64,000 nucleotides of DNA from an uncultured Clostridia bacterium (GTDB lineage: Bacteria > Bacillota > Clostridia > Oscillospirales > QAMX01): assembly GCA_944376195.1 (NCBI GenBank), contig CALWBW010000005.1, positions 5,941 through 69,940 on the forward strand, given 5' to 3'. The translations under genes and the position numbers were made by a program. Shown here piece by piece: positions 36,909 to 47,402 of the stretch. Position 1 is the first letter of the stretch. Every line of letters starts with the position of its first letter. The notes beneath the pieces were generated by a model that was given only the letters and a program-made list of their open reading frames with translations, was not told the DNA's origin and ran no database searches.

Positions 36909-37256
36909 TTAGTCGGAAATCTTTTCTTCTTTTTTGGCTACAGCCCAACGCATCACGCGGATCTTGACAGAATCAGATCCGGTCTGAATGGTAAGCTGAT
37001 CGTCTTTGATATTGGTGATTTTTCCAACAATTCCGCCGCGCGTGGTAATTACATCGCCAACTTCCAGATTATTCCGCATTGCCTCATCTTCTTTATCACG
37101 TTTCCGCTGTGGGCGAATCAGAATAAAGTAAAATACAAGAATAATCAGGACAAAGGGAAGAAGCTGCAGGAGCATATCAGCAGTGGACATCTCCTGTGTA
37201 CCGGTTGCGGAAGCGGCCATAAGTTTCGCTGTAAACATTGATATGTTTCCGAACAT
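36909..37256 (-). CDS. yajC: preprotein translocase subunit YajC
   Basis: ..LLPFVLIILVFYFILIRPQRKRDKE...LEVGDVITTRGGIVGKITNIKDD.. GGAGG lies 9 nt upstream of ATG 37256. Confidence 0.9.
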   Translation of the reverse strand: MFGNISMFTAKLMAASATGTQEMSTADMLLQLLPFVLIILVFYFILIRPQRKRDKEDEAMRNNLEVGDVITTRGGIVGKITNIKDDQLTIQTGSDSVKIRVMRWAVAKKEEKISD

Positions 37257-37344
37257 GAATACGTACCTCCAAATATTGCTTTAAATTTGCAAAGTCTGTG
37301 TCTCTCGCACATACCCGGAGACACGATAAACGTTTGGAAAAAAA

Positions 37345-38868
37345 CTATGCTTTTTCAATGATGGATTCACCGGTCATTTGCACCGGCTTTTCAATTCCCA
37401 TGAGATCAAACATGGTCGGTACAATATCGGCAAGCTTACCGCCCTGTTTCCGCAACTTCATGTCGCCCGCTCCGCAAATGCAGAAGGGAACAAGATTGGT
37501 AGTATGCGCGGTAAACGGTGTGACACCGTCCTCATCCAGCATTTGTTCGGCGTTGCCATGATCCGCTGTGATAACGGCGATGCCGCCTAACTCCAACATA
37601 CGGTCCACAACACGGCCGACACAGGTATCGACAGCTTCTACAGCTTTGACAGCAGCATCCATCACACCGGTGTGACCAACCATATCACAGTTGGCAAAGT
37701 TTAAAATAATGGCGCCGTATTCCTGAGACTCCATGCGACGAATAACCTCGTCTGTTACGGTATAAGCACTCATTTCAGGCTGAAGGTCATAGGTCGGAAC
37801 ATTGGGGGAGTCAATCAGGACGCGATCTTCTCCATCAAAAACTGTCTCTACGCCGCCGTTAAAGAAATACGTGACATGCGCATATTTGGTATATTCCGCA
37901 ATCCGCAATTGCTTCATACCAAGCTTTGCAACAACCTCACCAAACGGCATATCGATGGATTCCGGTGCAAATGCAATATGAACATTCGGCATGGTGGCAT
38001 CATATTGCGTCATGCAAACATAGTAAAGCGGGAAAAAGGCACGGCGTGCAAATCCGTCAAAAGCCTCATCCACAAAGGAACGGGTAATTTCACGGGCACG
38101 ATCCGGACGGAAATTATAAAAGATAACGGAATCGTTCTCCGAAATCCGGGTATCGGTGCAGACAACCGGTTTGATAAATTCGTCCGTTACGCCTTCCTCA
38201 TAGCTTTTCTGAATGGCATCAACGGGATCGGGATTCTGAACGCCTTCGCCATATACCATGGCGGCATAAGCCTGGCTGACGCGATCCCATTTCAGTTCAC
38301 GATCCATGGCATAGTAACGCCCCATAACGGTCGCTACGGTACCAACGCCAATTTCCTTCGTCTTTGCAACACATTCCGCGACAAAATCAGCGCCGGACTG
38401 CGGAGGAACATCACGGCCGTCGGTGATGCAATGAATGTATACACGATCAAGTCCCCGGCGCTTTGCCAGTTCCAAAAGACCCCAGAGATGCGTGTTGTGA
38501 CTGTGAACGCCGCCATCCGACATCAATCCGATCAGATGCAGGTCGGTTCCGTTTTTCAGACAATTGTCAATTGCCCCGGTAAGAGCCGGATTCTCAAAAA
38601 AGTCACCATCGCGAATGGATTTCGTGATTCGGGTCAGTTCCTGGTAAACAACGCGGCCGGCGCCAATATTGGTGTGGCCAACTTCGCTGTTGCCCATCTG
38701 CCCATCCGGAAGACCGACATCCATGCCGGAAGCACCAATGGTGGTATAAGGATAGGTGGAGAAGATCCGATCAAGATTCGGCGTTTTTGCGGCGATTACC
38801 GCATTGCCTTTTTTGTCCGGATTCACGCCAAAACCATCCATAATAATAAGGATCAAAGGTTTTCTCAT
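37345..38868 (-). CDS. gpmI: 2,3-bisphosphoglycerate-independent phosphoglycerate mutase
   Basis: MRKPLILIIMDGFG..., SEVGHTNIGAGR, ADHGNAE motifs. 507 aa. Confidence 0.95.
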   Translation of the reverse strand: MRKPLILIIMDGFGVNPDKKGNAVIAAKTPNLDRIFSTYPYTTIGASGMDVGLPDGQMGNSEVGHTNIGAGRVVYQELTRITKSIRDGDFFENPALTGAIDNCLKNGTDLHLIGLMSDGGVHSHNTHLWGLLELAKRRGLDRVYIHCITDGRDVPPQSGADFVAECVAKTKEIGVGTVATVMGRYYAMDRELKWDRVSQAYAAMVYGEGVQNPDPVDAIQKSYEEGVTDEFIKPVVCTDTRISENDSVIFYNFRPDRAREITRSFVDEAFDGFARRAFFPLYYVCMTQYDATMPNVHIAFAPESIDMPFGEVVAKLGMKQLRIAEYTKYAHVTYFFNGGVETVFDGEDRVLIDSPNVPTYDLQPEMSAYTVTDEVIRRMESQEYGAIILNFANCDMVGHTGVMDAAVKAVEAVDTCVGRVVDRMLELGGIAVITADHGNAEQMLDEDGVTPFTAHTTNLVPFCICGAGDMKLRKQGGKLADIVPTMFDLMGIEKPVQMTGESIIEKA

Positions 38869-38936
38869 ACGTAACTCCTGTAAAACAATCTTGGGAGACA
38901 GGCTGTTTTACAGGCCTGCCTCCCTGCACTACCAAA

Positions 38937-39707
38937 TCACTGATTTGCCGCGTTTACGATCGTTGCAAAGTCGGCAGGCTTTAAGGATGCGCCGCCGATA
39001 AGTCCGCCGTCAACATTGGGTTTTGAAAGGAGCTCTGCCGCGTTGGACGCATTCATAGAACCGCCGTACTGAATGGTGACACTTCTGGCAACACGTGCGC
39101 CGTACATTTCCCGAATACAGTCACGGATTGCACCGCAAACTTCTTCCGCTTGGTCAGAGGTGGCGGTACGGCCGGTGCCAATTGCCCAAATCGGCTCATA
39201 GGCGATGACAATACGCTTGATATTGGTGGAGTCTACGCCGCTGAGGGCTGATTTGACCTGCAGACGGATATGCTCGATCGTAATGCCAAGGTCACGCTGC
39301 TCAAGGCTTTCGCCAACGCAGACGATAGGACGCAAACCGGCTTTCAAAGCGGCATGCACTTTAAGATTTACAGTGGCGTCCGTCTCAGCAAAATACTGAC
39401 GGCGTTCCGAATGGCCGATGATGACGTATTTCACGCCAAGTTCAGTCAGCATGTCAGCGGAAATTTCGCCGGTATATGCACCGCTGGCTTCAAAGTGCAT
39501 ATTTTGTGCGCCAATTGAAATTTTTGCGCCCTTTGTAGCTTTGATGGCATTGGGAATATCAACAAACGGAACACAGAGCACGATATCGCACCACTTTGCT
39601 TTGGAAACCAGGGGCTTGAGCTCTTCAATCAACTGACGGGTGGCAGCCGGGGTTTTATTCATTTTCCAGTTGCCGGCAATGATCGTTTTACGGTATCTCA
39701 GGTTCAT
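38937..39707 (-). CDS. tpiA: triose-phosphate isomerase
   Basis: [34 protein letters not shown] motifs. Confidence 0.95.
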   Translation of the reverse strand: MNLRYRKTIIAGNWKMNKTPAATRQLIEELKPLVSKAKWCDIVLCVPFVDIPNAIKATKGAKISIGAQNMHFEASGAYTGEISADMLTELGVKYVIIGHSERRQYFAETDATVNLKVHAALKAGLRPIVCVGESLEQRDLGITIEHIRLQVKSALSGVDSTNIKRIVIAYEPIWAIGTGRTATSDQAEEVCGAIRDCIREMYGARVARSVTIQYGGSMNASNAAELLSKPNVDGGLIGGASLKPADFATIVNAANQ

Positions 39708-39722
39708 GTTTTTAGTCCTCCA

Positions 39723-40913
39723 TTATTTGTCCTGCAGACAGGCAATACCAGGCAGTTCAAGGCCCTCAAGGAATTCAAGGGAAGCACCGCCGCCGGTGGA
39801 AATGTGCGTCATCTTATCGCCAAAACCGAGCTGCTCCACCGCCGCCGCAGAGTCGCCGCCTCCGATAATGGAGATTGCATTGGAATTCGCAACAGCAGCC
39901 GCAACTGCACGAGTGCCGCCTGCAAATGCGTCAAACTCAAATACGCCCATTGGGCCGTTCCAGACAACTGTTCCAGCGTCGCGAATAGCGTCTTTATAGA
40001 GTTCAACGGTCTTCGGACCAATATCGAGACCCATCAAATTGTCCGGGATATGCTCGGAATCGACTGTGATCGGTGTTGCATCTGCTGCAAAATGATCCGC
40101 AGCAAGATTGTCAACCGGAAGCAGGAAACGAACACCCTTCTCCTGTGCCTTCTTGAGCATCTCAGAGGCGTATTCGAGCTTATCATCTTCACATCTGGAC
40201 GTACCAATCGCGCCGCCTTGTGCCTTGATAAAGGTATATGCCATAGCGCCGCCAATGATGATGGTATCGACTTTTTCAAGAAGATTGTTGATGACGCCGA
40301 TTTTATCGGAAACCTTCGCGCCGCCAAGAACTGCAACAAAGGGACGCTTCGGATCGGAAAGGGCTTTGCCCATAATGCTGATCTCTTTTTGAATCAGGAA
40401 ACCACAAACTGCAGGAAGGTAGTTTGCCACGCCAGCTGTAGAAGCATGAGCGCGGTGCGCTGTGCCAAACGCATCATTTACATAGATCTCTGCCAAGGAG
40501 GCAAGTTCTTTTGCGAAGGCGGGGTCGTTTTTTTCCTCTTCCTTATGGAAACGGACGTTTTCGATCATACCAATTTCACCGGGTTTCAAAGCAGCAGCCA
40601 TCGCGTGAGCACTTTCACCAATTACGTCGGTTGCCATTTTGACTTCGCAGCCTAACAGCTCACCCAGACGTTTTGCCACCGGGGCAAGGGAATATTTCAT
40701 ATTGAATTCGCCCTTCGGACGGCCAAGATGAGAGCAAAGAATTACGGCGGCTTCGTGTTCTTTCAAATATTTGATTGTAGGAAGAGCGCCGAGAATACGG
40801 GTTTCATCCGTAATGTTGAGATTTTCGTCCTGAGGCACGTTAAAGTCACAACGCACAAGGACCTTTTTGCCTTTTACGCAAATGTCTTCGATGCTTTTTT
40901 TGTTGTAAGTCAT
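39723..40913 (-). CDS. pgk: phosphoglycerate kinase
   Basis: [40 protein letters not shown] motifs. Confidence 0.95.
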   Translation of the reverse strand: MTYNKKSIEDICVKGKKVLVRCDFNVPQDENLNITDETRILGALPTIKYLKEHEAAVILCSHLGRPKGEFNMKYSLAPVAKRLGELLGCEVKMATDVIGESAHAMAAALKPGEIGMIENVRFHKEEEKNDPAFAKELASLAEIYVNDAFGTAHRAHASTAGVANYLPAVCGFLIQKEISIMGKALSDPKRPFVAVLGGAKVSDKIGVINNLLEKVDTIIIGGAMAYTFIKAQGGAIGTSRCEDDKLEYASEMLKKAQEKGVRFLLPVDNLAADHFAADATPITVDSEHIPDNLMGLDIGPKTVELYKDAIRDAGTVVWNGPMGVFEFDAFAGGTRAVAAAVANSNAISIIGGGDSAAAVEQLGFGDKMTHISTGGGASLEFLEGLELPGIACLQDK

Positions 40914-41360
40914 GCTTTGTGCTCCTTTCTTAATTTAGACGTTTCCTGTATCGCATAGTTTTTCTTGCTATTCCAACGTATTATACGTCATGAAACCTGA
41001 AAAATCAAGGGCAAAAGTTGTTTTTTGTTTATTTTTACTATTGTCCTAATAAAAAACGTGTCTGGATTGCTATTTTGTACATTTCGCTTATTGAAAAAAA
41101 GACGAGACGGGAGACAAAATTACTTTTTCCGCAATATGGAAAGTTTCTTATATAGGTCTTTTCTTTGCAAGATTAATTTTGCAAAACCAAAGAAAATAAG
41201 ATTTATTTTTTTGGAAAAAACGTCGCCTTTTTGGTTTTTCTGGAGGAAAAGAAAAATATAATATCCGTGCTGCTTCCGGTCGTCCCGCACCTGGATAGTG
41301 ATCTTACTTTCCAAATGCTTGACCATGCAAACTTTGAAACTTCTCCTGCTGCTTTGCCGT

Positions 41361-42236
41361 CTAATTCATAAAAGCGGCGGACAGACGTTCTACGGTAAAC
41401 GTAGAATCGCTGATTTCTACCACAATATCACCATCCTGATGCGTGAAGAAAAGTCCGGCGCCGAGAGTTTCATACCGGGACACAACGTCCTCGTCTGGTA
41501 AACCGTCTGGTGAATCTTCTTCCGTTGTGAAAACAGCCCAGTCTGGGGAAGCAGCGTGTAGAAAATCCGCACTGGATGCGGTGTCGGACCCATGATGTGG
41601 TACTTTTATGAGATCACACTGGATATCCCACCCGGATTCGAGAATTTGCTCTTCCACGGTGATTCCCGCATCTCCTGTAAACAGGATCCGAAAGCCGTCA
41701 TATTCCAAAAGAAAGACAAGGGAACTATCGTTCAGATCGGAAAACGTTTTTCCGTTTGGCGGGGAGAGAAAGGTGAGGGTGGCATCTCCGAATTGGAAAT
41801 GGGCTCCTGGTTCCGGTGCAGACGCTGGGATCTGCTGTTCCAGAATTGTGTCGAGCATATGGTCAAAAGTCGTGGTGGTTGCAGTAGCTTCAGGAAGAAA
41901 AATTTGTTCAACGGGATAGTTTTCCAAAATTTCTGCCGCAGAGCCGATGTGGTCAGCATGCGGATGTGTGAGTATCAATGCATCCAGGGATGTGATGCCG
42001 GCGCACGCGAGATGATCTGCAATGGTTTCGTATTGATCTTCTGTTGCGGTATCGATAAGCATGGCATGTTCTTCCTGAATTAGCAAAGTACAGTCTGCTT
42101 GTCCGACGTCCAGAAACAGCACCAACAGTCCATCTGATGGGGGAAACTGCATATCCGGGCAATGGCTGCAACCGGGAAACAAGCAGCTGGTAAGTGCAAT
42201 AAAAAAGAGAAAAAACAGGATACCATTTCGTTTCAT
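41361..42236 (-). CDS. secreted/lipoprotein MBL-fold metallo-hydrolase (ComEC C-terminal-domain-like)
   Basis: Signal/lipobox ..FIALTSC. LVLFLDVGQADCTLL and LILTHPHADHIG (HxHxDH) motifs. Confidence 0.8.
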   Translation of the reverse strand: MKRNGILFFLFFIALTSCLFPGCSHCPDMQFPPSDGLLVLFLDVGQADCTLLIQEEHAMLIDTATEDQYETIADHLACAGITSLDALILTHPHADHIGSAAEILENYPVEQIFLPEATATTTTFDHMLDTILEQQIPASAPEPGAHFQFGDATLTFLSPPNGKTFSDLNDSSLVFLLEYDGFRILFTGDAGITVEEQILESGWDIQCDLIKVPHHGSDTASSADFLHAASPDWAVFTTEEDSPDGLPDEDVVSRYETLGAGLFFTHQDGDIVVEISDSTFTVERLSAAFMN

Positions 42237-42378
42237 GCGGATAACTCCAAAAGAAGAAAATTTGCAATTGACTTCTTGCCAACAATAGGTTTATACCTTA
42301 TACTATACCTATATGACCGGTTTCTGTAAAGTGCGCCGGTGCGGAAAATTTTTTAAATTATAATGAGGGATTTTGTCC

Positions 42379-44280
42379 ATGATGAATACTATGAAAACAA
42401 AAAAAACGGCGGTATCAGGGCGAACGGTTCAAAAAGCAAGAAAAAGACGCGGGGGAGGCACATACCGCTCTTATTTAATCATTCTTCTTTCATTAATGGT
42501 GATTTTTGTGTTAGCCGGCGGGCTTTTTGGATATCTGGGATTCCAGGTGTATAACCATGATGGAATTTATGACGGTGTCACGGTGGCCGGTGTAGATCTT
42601 TCGGGGATGTCTCGTCGCGAAGCTGCTGAGGCAATTGACGCGCAGATGCAGTCTTTGCTGGACAATATGACTTTCCAGATTCAGATTGATGAAGATACGT
42701 TCGAGGTAACGCCGGAAGATTTGAACATTGCTTACAGTGTTGATGCTGCTGCAGCGGAGGCATATCACTTCGGCCGTGAAGGATCGTTTTTTTCCAGGGT
42801 TGGCGCGATTTTCAGAGCGCGTATGAATGGGTATGCTGTAGATTTTGCTTATACATATGATTTGGATGCCTTTGACAAAATCGCAAAGGAAATTGCGGAG
42901 AAGGTCAATGTTTCCGAGTCTCAGACTTCGTATGAAATTCAAAACGATACGCTGGTTTTAACGGTTGGCACGGCAGAACGCTATATAGATCCACTGGATA
43001 TTTCGCAAGCATTGTTAGATAAATTTGAGAATAATACGACGGGAGATATTGTACTGACGACCGGTTCCGGGGGACGGGATCAAATTGATTTAGAAGCGCT
43101 AAAGAAGGAAATTGATCGGGAACCCGTGGATGCGTATCTGGATGAAGAAACTGATCCGGATAATCCGGTTGTAGTACCGGAGGAAAATGGGCTGGAGTTG
43201 GATGTAACGGCAGCGGCTGCCGTTCTTGCAATGGAGGGCAGTGGGCCTGACCATAATATTTATCGAATTCCTCTGGTTGTAACCGAACCTGAAGTCAAAC
43301 GGGACGATATCGTTTTTTACACGTATGACGATCTTTTGTCTACCGCGAAAACGACGTTGAATAAAAACAATGTAAACCGGACATCAAACGTCGCGTTGGC
43401 TTGTGAAAAGATTGATGGGACAATTTTGTACCCTGGCGATGAATTTTCCTTTAACGACATTGTGGGTGAGCGTACCTACGATGCGGGATTCAAGGATGCT
43501 GCCATTTATCTTGCGGGAGAAATTGCCGATGGTGTTGGCGGCGGAATTTGTCAGGTGTCGTCCACACTTTATATGGCGGCGGTTGGGGCTGACTTGGAAA
43601 TCAGCGAGAGAAAAAACCACCGTTATACAGTTACCTATACGGAACTTGGCGAAGACGCCACGGTGGCCTATGATAGTAATATTGATTTTAAGTTCATTAA
43701 CAATACCGATTACGCGATTTTGATCAAGATCGTGCAGGAATCCAACTATGTTCTGTGTGAGTTTTATGGAACGTTAACAGATGAAACGCGAAATAAAACG
43801 GTTACAATGGAGAGCACGGTGATTTCTTATTCAGAGTATGGGACAAAATATGAAGTGAGCGAGGATGTCGCGGTGGGTGAGACTGCTGTGAAAAACGGCG
43901 GTTACAGTGGCTATACGGTGAAGACGTATCGCGTTGTACAGGAAAACGGCGTAGAAGTCTCCCGTACATTAGAAAATACCAGTACGTATACCAAATTAGA
44001 CAAAGTGATTTTAATTAATCCGGAAGAGGCTGAAATTCTGGAGGACGGTACAGTGGTCTATGTCCCCAAGACAGAGGATCCGGATGAACCGACAGATCCA
44101 GACGACCCAACAGACCCAGATGAGCCGACAGACCCAGATGAGCCGACAGATCCGGACGACCCAACAGACCCAGATGAGCCGACAGATCCGGACGACCCAA
44201 CAGACCCGGATGAGCCGACAGACCCGGACGAACCAACAGATCCGGATGTACCGGATGATTTGCCGGATTGGCTTCAGTGA
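42379..44280 (+). CDS. VanW-family protein with N-terminal TM anchor, G5-like domain and acidic Pro/Asp/Thr repeat tail
   Basis: ORF 42373..44280. ATG 42379 has GAGGGA 8 nt upstream. VanW core YPGDEFSFNDIVGERT...GGGICQVSSTLYMAA. Confidence 0.85.
   Translation: MMNTMKTKKTAVSGRTVQKARKRRGGGTYRSYLIILLSLMVIFVLAGGLFGYLGFQVYNHDGIYDGVTVAGVDLSGMSRREAAEAIDAQMQSLLDNMTFQIQIDEDTFEVTPEDLNIAYSVDAAAAEAYHFGREGSFFSRVGAIFRARMNGYAVDFAYTYDLDAFDKIAKEIAEKVNVSESQTSYEIQNDTLVLTVGTAERYIDPLDISQALLDKFENNTTGDIVLTTGSGGRDQIDLEALKKEIDREPVDAYLDEETDPDNPVVVPEENGLELDVTAAAAVLAMEGSGPDHNIYRIPLVVTEPEVKRDDIVFYTYDDLLSTAKTTLNKNNVNRTSNVALACEKIDGTILYPGDEFSFNDIVGERTYDAGFKDAAIYLAGEIADGVGGGICQVSSTLYMAAVGADLEISERKNHRYTVTYTELGEDATVAYDSNIDFKFINNTDYAILIKIVQESNYVLCEFYGTLTDETRNKTVTMESTVISYSEYGTKYEVSEDVAVGETAVKNGGYSGYTVKTYRVVQENGVEVSRTLENTSTYTKLDKVILINPEEAEILEDGTVVYVPKTEDPDEPTDPDDPTDPDEPTDPDEPTDPDDPTDPDEPTDPDDPTDPDEPTDPDEPTDPDVPDDLPDWLQ
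44074..44253 (+). repeat. ten tandem 18-bp coding repeats encoding (T/E)DPD(E/D/V)P in the VanW-family protein tail
   Basis: EDPDEP TDPDDP TDPDEP TDPDEP TDPDDP TDPDEP TDPDDP TDPDEP TDPDEP TDPDVP. The DNA units are near-identical (ACAGA(C/T)CC(A/G)GA(T/C)GA(G/C)CC(G/A)). Confidence 0.9.
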
Positions 44281-44339
44281 TTTGACTATTTGACTGATTT
44301 AGTAAACATTGTCCCCGGCCTGAAACGAGAGGATGAGGT

Positions 44340-45209
44340 ATGGAACAGAGGCGGCAACTCAGAATTTTATTAAAATTGCGTGCAAAGGGATTGTTTTTTA
44401 CCCATCTTCTTGTTTGCATTGCGGTTACACTGATTACCTATACAATATCGATGCTCGGCGGCTATGTTGCCGGGCTCGTATTGCCTCCAGCGAATGAATT
44501 GCTGTATGCCGTAGACCTTTCTGCATATTATCCGCGTATCTTTTTATTTTATGGAATCCTATTGGGGCTTGGCCTTTTGACTGCGCCGCTCACAATGGGG
44601 TCGTATGCTTGGTTTTCTGAACTTTCCATGATGCGAACCCCAAAAGTGAGAGATCTCTTTCTCTGGGTAGGAGATTTTAAACTTGCCATAAAAGCGTTTG
44701 GCGCTGCTCTGTGGTTTTTGGGAATCTGGATTGTGTGGGGTTTGGTTTTTCTTGCAATTCCTGTAGGAATTGTGATCTTGGTTTCTATGAAGGCAGGAGA
44801 AATGGCGCTGAGCGCGGTTTTATTCCTGACTGGGTTTCTTCTGTTGGTGACAATTTCTGGAGTGGTCTTGACGATTGTTCGGGCAAGTGCTTATCTGCCG
44901 GCTTTATTTGTTCTGGCAGCGCATCCGACTATGCCGATACGCGAAGCGTTTCGCGAGTGTGGTTTGTTCATGGCCGGCAGGCGATGGGAATTCGCGGAAT
45001 TATTATTGAGTTTTTTGGGCTGGTTACTCCTGGGAAGCGTGACCTGTGGGCTGATTACGTTTTACTTGCAGCCCTATTTTAATTTGACAGTTCTGGCTTT
45101 CACACAACATGCGCGTGCAACCTGGTTGCTGGAAAATGGAAAAGGCGGTATGGATACGGTGTGGACGCCGGAGACAATCATTCGAGAAGAGGACGACACG
45201 GATGTTTAA
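44340..45209 (+). CDS. multi-pass membrane protein, DUF975-like
   Basis: 289 aa, about 6 TM segments, general resemblance to DUF975/YciC-like proteins. The stop overlaps the trmL start. Confidence 0.5.
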   Translation: MEQRRQLRILLKLRAKGLFFTHLLVCIAVTLITYTISMLGGYVAGLVLPPANELLYAVDLSAYYPRIFLFYGILLGLGLLTAPLTMGSYAWFSELSMMRTPKVRDLFLWVGDFKLAIKAFGAALWFLGIWIVWGLVFLAIPVGIVILVSMKAGEMALSAVLFLTGFLLLVTISGVVLTIVRASAYLPALFVLAAHPTMPIREAFRECGLFMAGRRWEFAELLLSFLGWLLLGSVTCGLITFYLQPYFNLTVLAFTQHARATWLLENGKGGMDTVWTPETIIREEDDTDV

Positions 45210-45702
45210 TATTGTTTTGCTTGCGCCGGAAATTCCTTCAAATACGGGGAATATTGTGCGCACTTGTGCGGCGACAAATTGCCGTCTTCATTTAATCAAA
45301 CCTCTGGGCTTTGACACGTCCGACCGCGAATTAAAGCGTGCTGGACTGGACTACTGGCATTTTGTCGACATCCAAATTTATGAGAATCTGGATGACTTCT
45401 TTCAAAAATGTCATCCGAAGCGCTGTTGGTATACATCTACCAAAGCGGCGCGCCGGTACACGGATGTAACATATGAACCGGGTGACTATATTTTTTTTGG
45501 GAGAGAAACCCGTGGTTTGCCGGAGGATTTGATCTTGAAGAATCTGGAACACGCGGTACGCATTCCGATGGGCGGCGAGATTCGTAGTTTAAATCTTTCC
45601 AACAGCGTGGCGATTGTATTATTTGAAGCGTTACGGCAGCAGGACTTTGCAGGGCTTTTGGATGAAGGAAAATTTGGAGGTGCTTATGAAACGGCGCGAT
45701 AA
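45202..45702 (+). CDS. trmL: tRNA (cytidine/uridine(34)-2'-O)-methyltransferase TrmL (SpoU/TrmH family)
   Basis: ORF 45109..45702. ATG 45202 (MFNIVLLAPEIPSNTGNIVRTCAATNCRLHLIKPLGF..). C-terminal SLNLSNSVAIVLFEALRQ. Confidence 0.9.
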   Translation: MFNIVLLAPEIPSNTGNIVRTCAATNCRLHLIKPLGFDTSDRELKRAGLDYWHFVDIQIYENLDDFFQKCHPKRCWYTSTKAARRYTDVTYEPGDYIFFGRETRGLPEDLILKNLEHAVRIPMGGEIRSLNLSNSVAIVLFEALRQQDFAGLLDEGKFGGAYETAR

Positions 45703-46177
45703 GGAGAATTATTATCTTGATATTGCCGAAGTGGTATTGGAACGTTGTACCTGTCTTCGCCGGCACTATGGCGCAATTATCGTTAAGAATGACGAAGTGA
45801 TTTCAACCGGCTATGTAGGAGCGCCGCGGGGACGCCAAAACTGTATTGATATGGGATATTGTTATCGGGAGAAAAATAATGTCCCGCGTGGAACGCGGTA
45901 TGAAATGTGCCGTAGCGTCCATGCGGAAACCAATGCCATTATCAGCGCTGCACGCGATCAGATGATCGGCGCAACATTATATTTAGTCGGGCGTGAGGTT
46001 TCCACGGGGGAGTATATTGAGCGGGCAAACTCATGCAGCATGTGCAAACGGCAGATTATCAATGCGGGAATTGCGCGTGTTGTGATTCGCAGAGATCATG
46101 AAACGTATGAGGTTGTGGATGTTCAGCGAGATTGGGTGGAAAATGACGAATCCTTGCGTGGGGAATTTGATTATTAA
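45686..46177 (+). CDS. comEB: dCMP deaminase family protein (ComEB-like)
   Basis: ORF 45614..46177. ATG 45686 has GGAGGTG upstream. Zinc site HAETNAI ... CSMCKRQIINAGI. Confidence 0.85.
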   Translation: MKRRDKENYYLDIAEVVLERCTCLRRHYGAIIVKNDEVISTGYVGAPRGRQNCIDMGYCYREKNNVPRGTRYEMCRSVHAETNAIISAARDQMIGATLYLVGREVSTGEYIERANSCSMCKRQIINAGIARVVIRRDHETYEVVDVQRDWVENDESLRGEFDY

Positions 46178-46216
46178 ATTTTGTCATGTATGCCAGATTT
46201 GTGATGGAATTTAAGC

Positions 46217-46256
46217 AAACGGCAGCGGCAGGAAAAAATCCTGCCGCTGCCGTTTA
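46217..46256 (+). terminator. intrinsic terminator
   Basis: AAACGGCAGCGGCAGG-aaaaaat-CCTGCCGCTGCCGTTT. Confidence 0.6.
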
Positions 46257-46412
46257 TAGCACAATTGCTCGTTCTCTCTCAGCATGGAACATATTTCATG
46301 CCGACGAGCTATTTTTTATGTAATCCATTTTGTCTTCCGAAGCTTGTATCTTTATATTTTTTGAAGCGTAGAACATGTGTTTGAAAAAGGATTTATAAGA
46401 ATCCGGAGATGT

Positions 46413-47333
46413 TTAAATCTCTTTTTTCGGTTGGATTTCGCTATTTTTGGACATAAACGCTTCGACATCCGAACGTTTTGGAATGGATACTGCCGCGCCA
46501 TGCCGAGTGACAGCAAGTGCAGAAGCGGCTGCAGCGATGCGCATCGCAAAGGGAAGTGTGTCTCCACGCGCGAGCGACGCAACCAGATAACCGGCAAAGG
46601 TATCTCCTGCGCCGGTGGTATCAACTGCCTCTACGGGAAAAACCGGCTGGTAATAAGTTTCATTCGCCGAAAACGCATAGGCACCGCGCTGACCCAGTGT
46701 CAGAACAATAGTATTTGGACATTGCCGACGTAGGCGTAACAATGATTCTTCTGGGGGGAAGATACCATTGGTGAGCGCTGCGGCTTCATCTTCATTGACA
46801 ATTAAGAGATCCACAAGTGAATAGGGAATAGCAAACAGCTCTTTGGTTACCGGCGAAGGGTTATATACAATACGCATTCCTTTTTGGGCGGCACAACTTA
46901 AGATAGAATCTGTCAAATTGGTTTCATTTTGCAGCATCAGAATATCACCGGCGGTGAAAAAACGGAGCACCGTTTGCATCTGTTCTTCGGAAATTTGCCG
47001 GTTGGCTCCACCATAGATTAACATGGTATTTCTTCCATCCGGTTCTACTTGAATGATGGCGCCGCCGCTGCGGGAACTTGGATTTTTCCGGACCAAAGAA
47101 GTATCAATTCCATCCTGAGCCAGAAGACGCAGAAGAAAATCGCCGTCATTGCCCACGCACCCTGCGTGAAAGACCTGGGCGCCTGCCCGGGCAGCGGCTA
47201 TAGATTGGTTTAATCCTTTTCCGCCCGCATGAATTTCCGGATCCGGGACTGACAGAGATTCTCCAGGTACGGCAACGTGGGGAACAGTAAAAACGGTATC
47301 AATATTTAAGGAGCCAAAGTTTAAAACCTTCAT
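46413..47333 (-). CDS. rbsK: ribokinase (PfkB family)
   Basis: ORF 46413..47360. ATG 47333 has AGAGGTG upstream. MKVLNFGSLNIDTVF..., GGKGLNQS, DTTGAGDTFAG motifs. Confidence 0.8.
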   Translation of the reverse strand: MKVLNFGSLNIDTVFTVPHVAVPGESLSVPDPEIHAGGKGLNQSIAAARAGAQVFHAGCVGNDGDFLLRLLAQDGIDTSLVRKNPSSRSGGAIIQVEPDGRNTMLIYGGANRQISEEQMQTVLRFFTAGDILMLQNETNLTDSILSCAAQKGMRIVYNPSPVTKELFAIPYSLVDLLIVNEDEAAALTNGIFPPEESLLRLRRQCPNTIVLTLGQRGAYAFSANETYYQPVFPVEAVDTTGAGDTFAGYLVASLARGDTLPFAMRIAAAASALAVTRHGAAVSIPKRSDVEAFMSKNSEIQPKKEI

Positions 47334-47402
47334 TGGTACACCTCTTGACAACAGAAGCAATGTGATTTAACATAAATAGATAGCAATTACATGGAGGTCA
47401 TT

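Noticed and set aside
37876-38874. Long antisense ORFs opposite conserved genes. Examples: 37876..38874 (+, 332 aa, opposite gpmI); 39804..40655 (+, 283 aa, opposite pgk); 25472..26215 (-, 247 aa, opposite the pseudouridine synthase); 3646..4344 (-, 232 aa); 12585..13202 (-, 205 aa); 30290..30907 (-, 205 aa); 48850..49416 (-, 188 aa).
   Set aside because: Each lies fully inside a gene whose opposite-strand product carries unmistakable conserved motifs. The shadow translations are Arg/Cys/His-rich or low-complexity, and they have no SD-supported starts and no recognisable domains. These are typical frame -1/-2 shadow ORFs in roughly 50% GC DNA.
41025-41326. Two overlapping ORFs (78 aa on the plus strand, 68 aa on the minus strand) in the AT-rich region upstream of pgk.
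   Set aside because: Both are Lys/Phe/Leu-rich low-complexity translations of AT-rich DNA. They have no SD and overlap each other on opposite strands.
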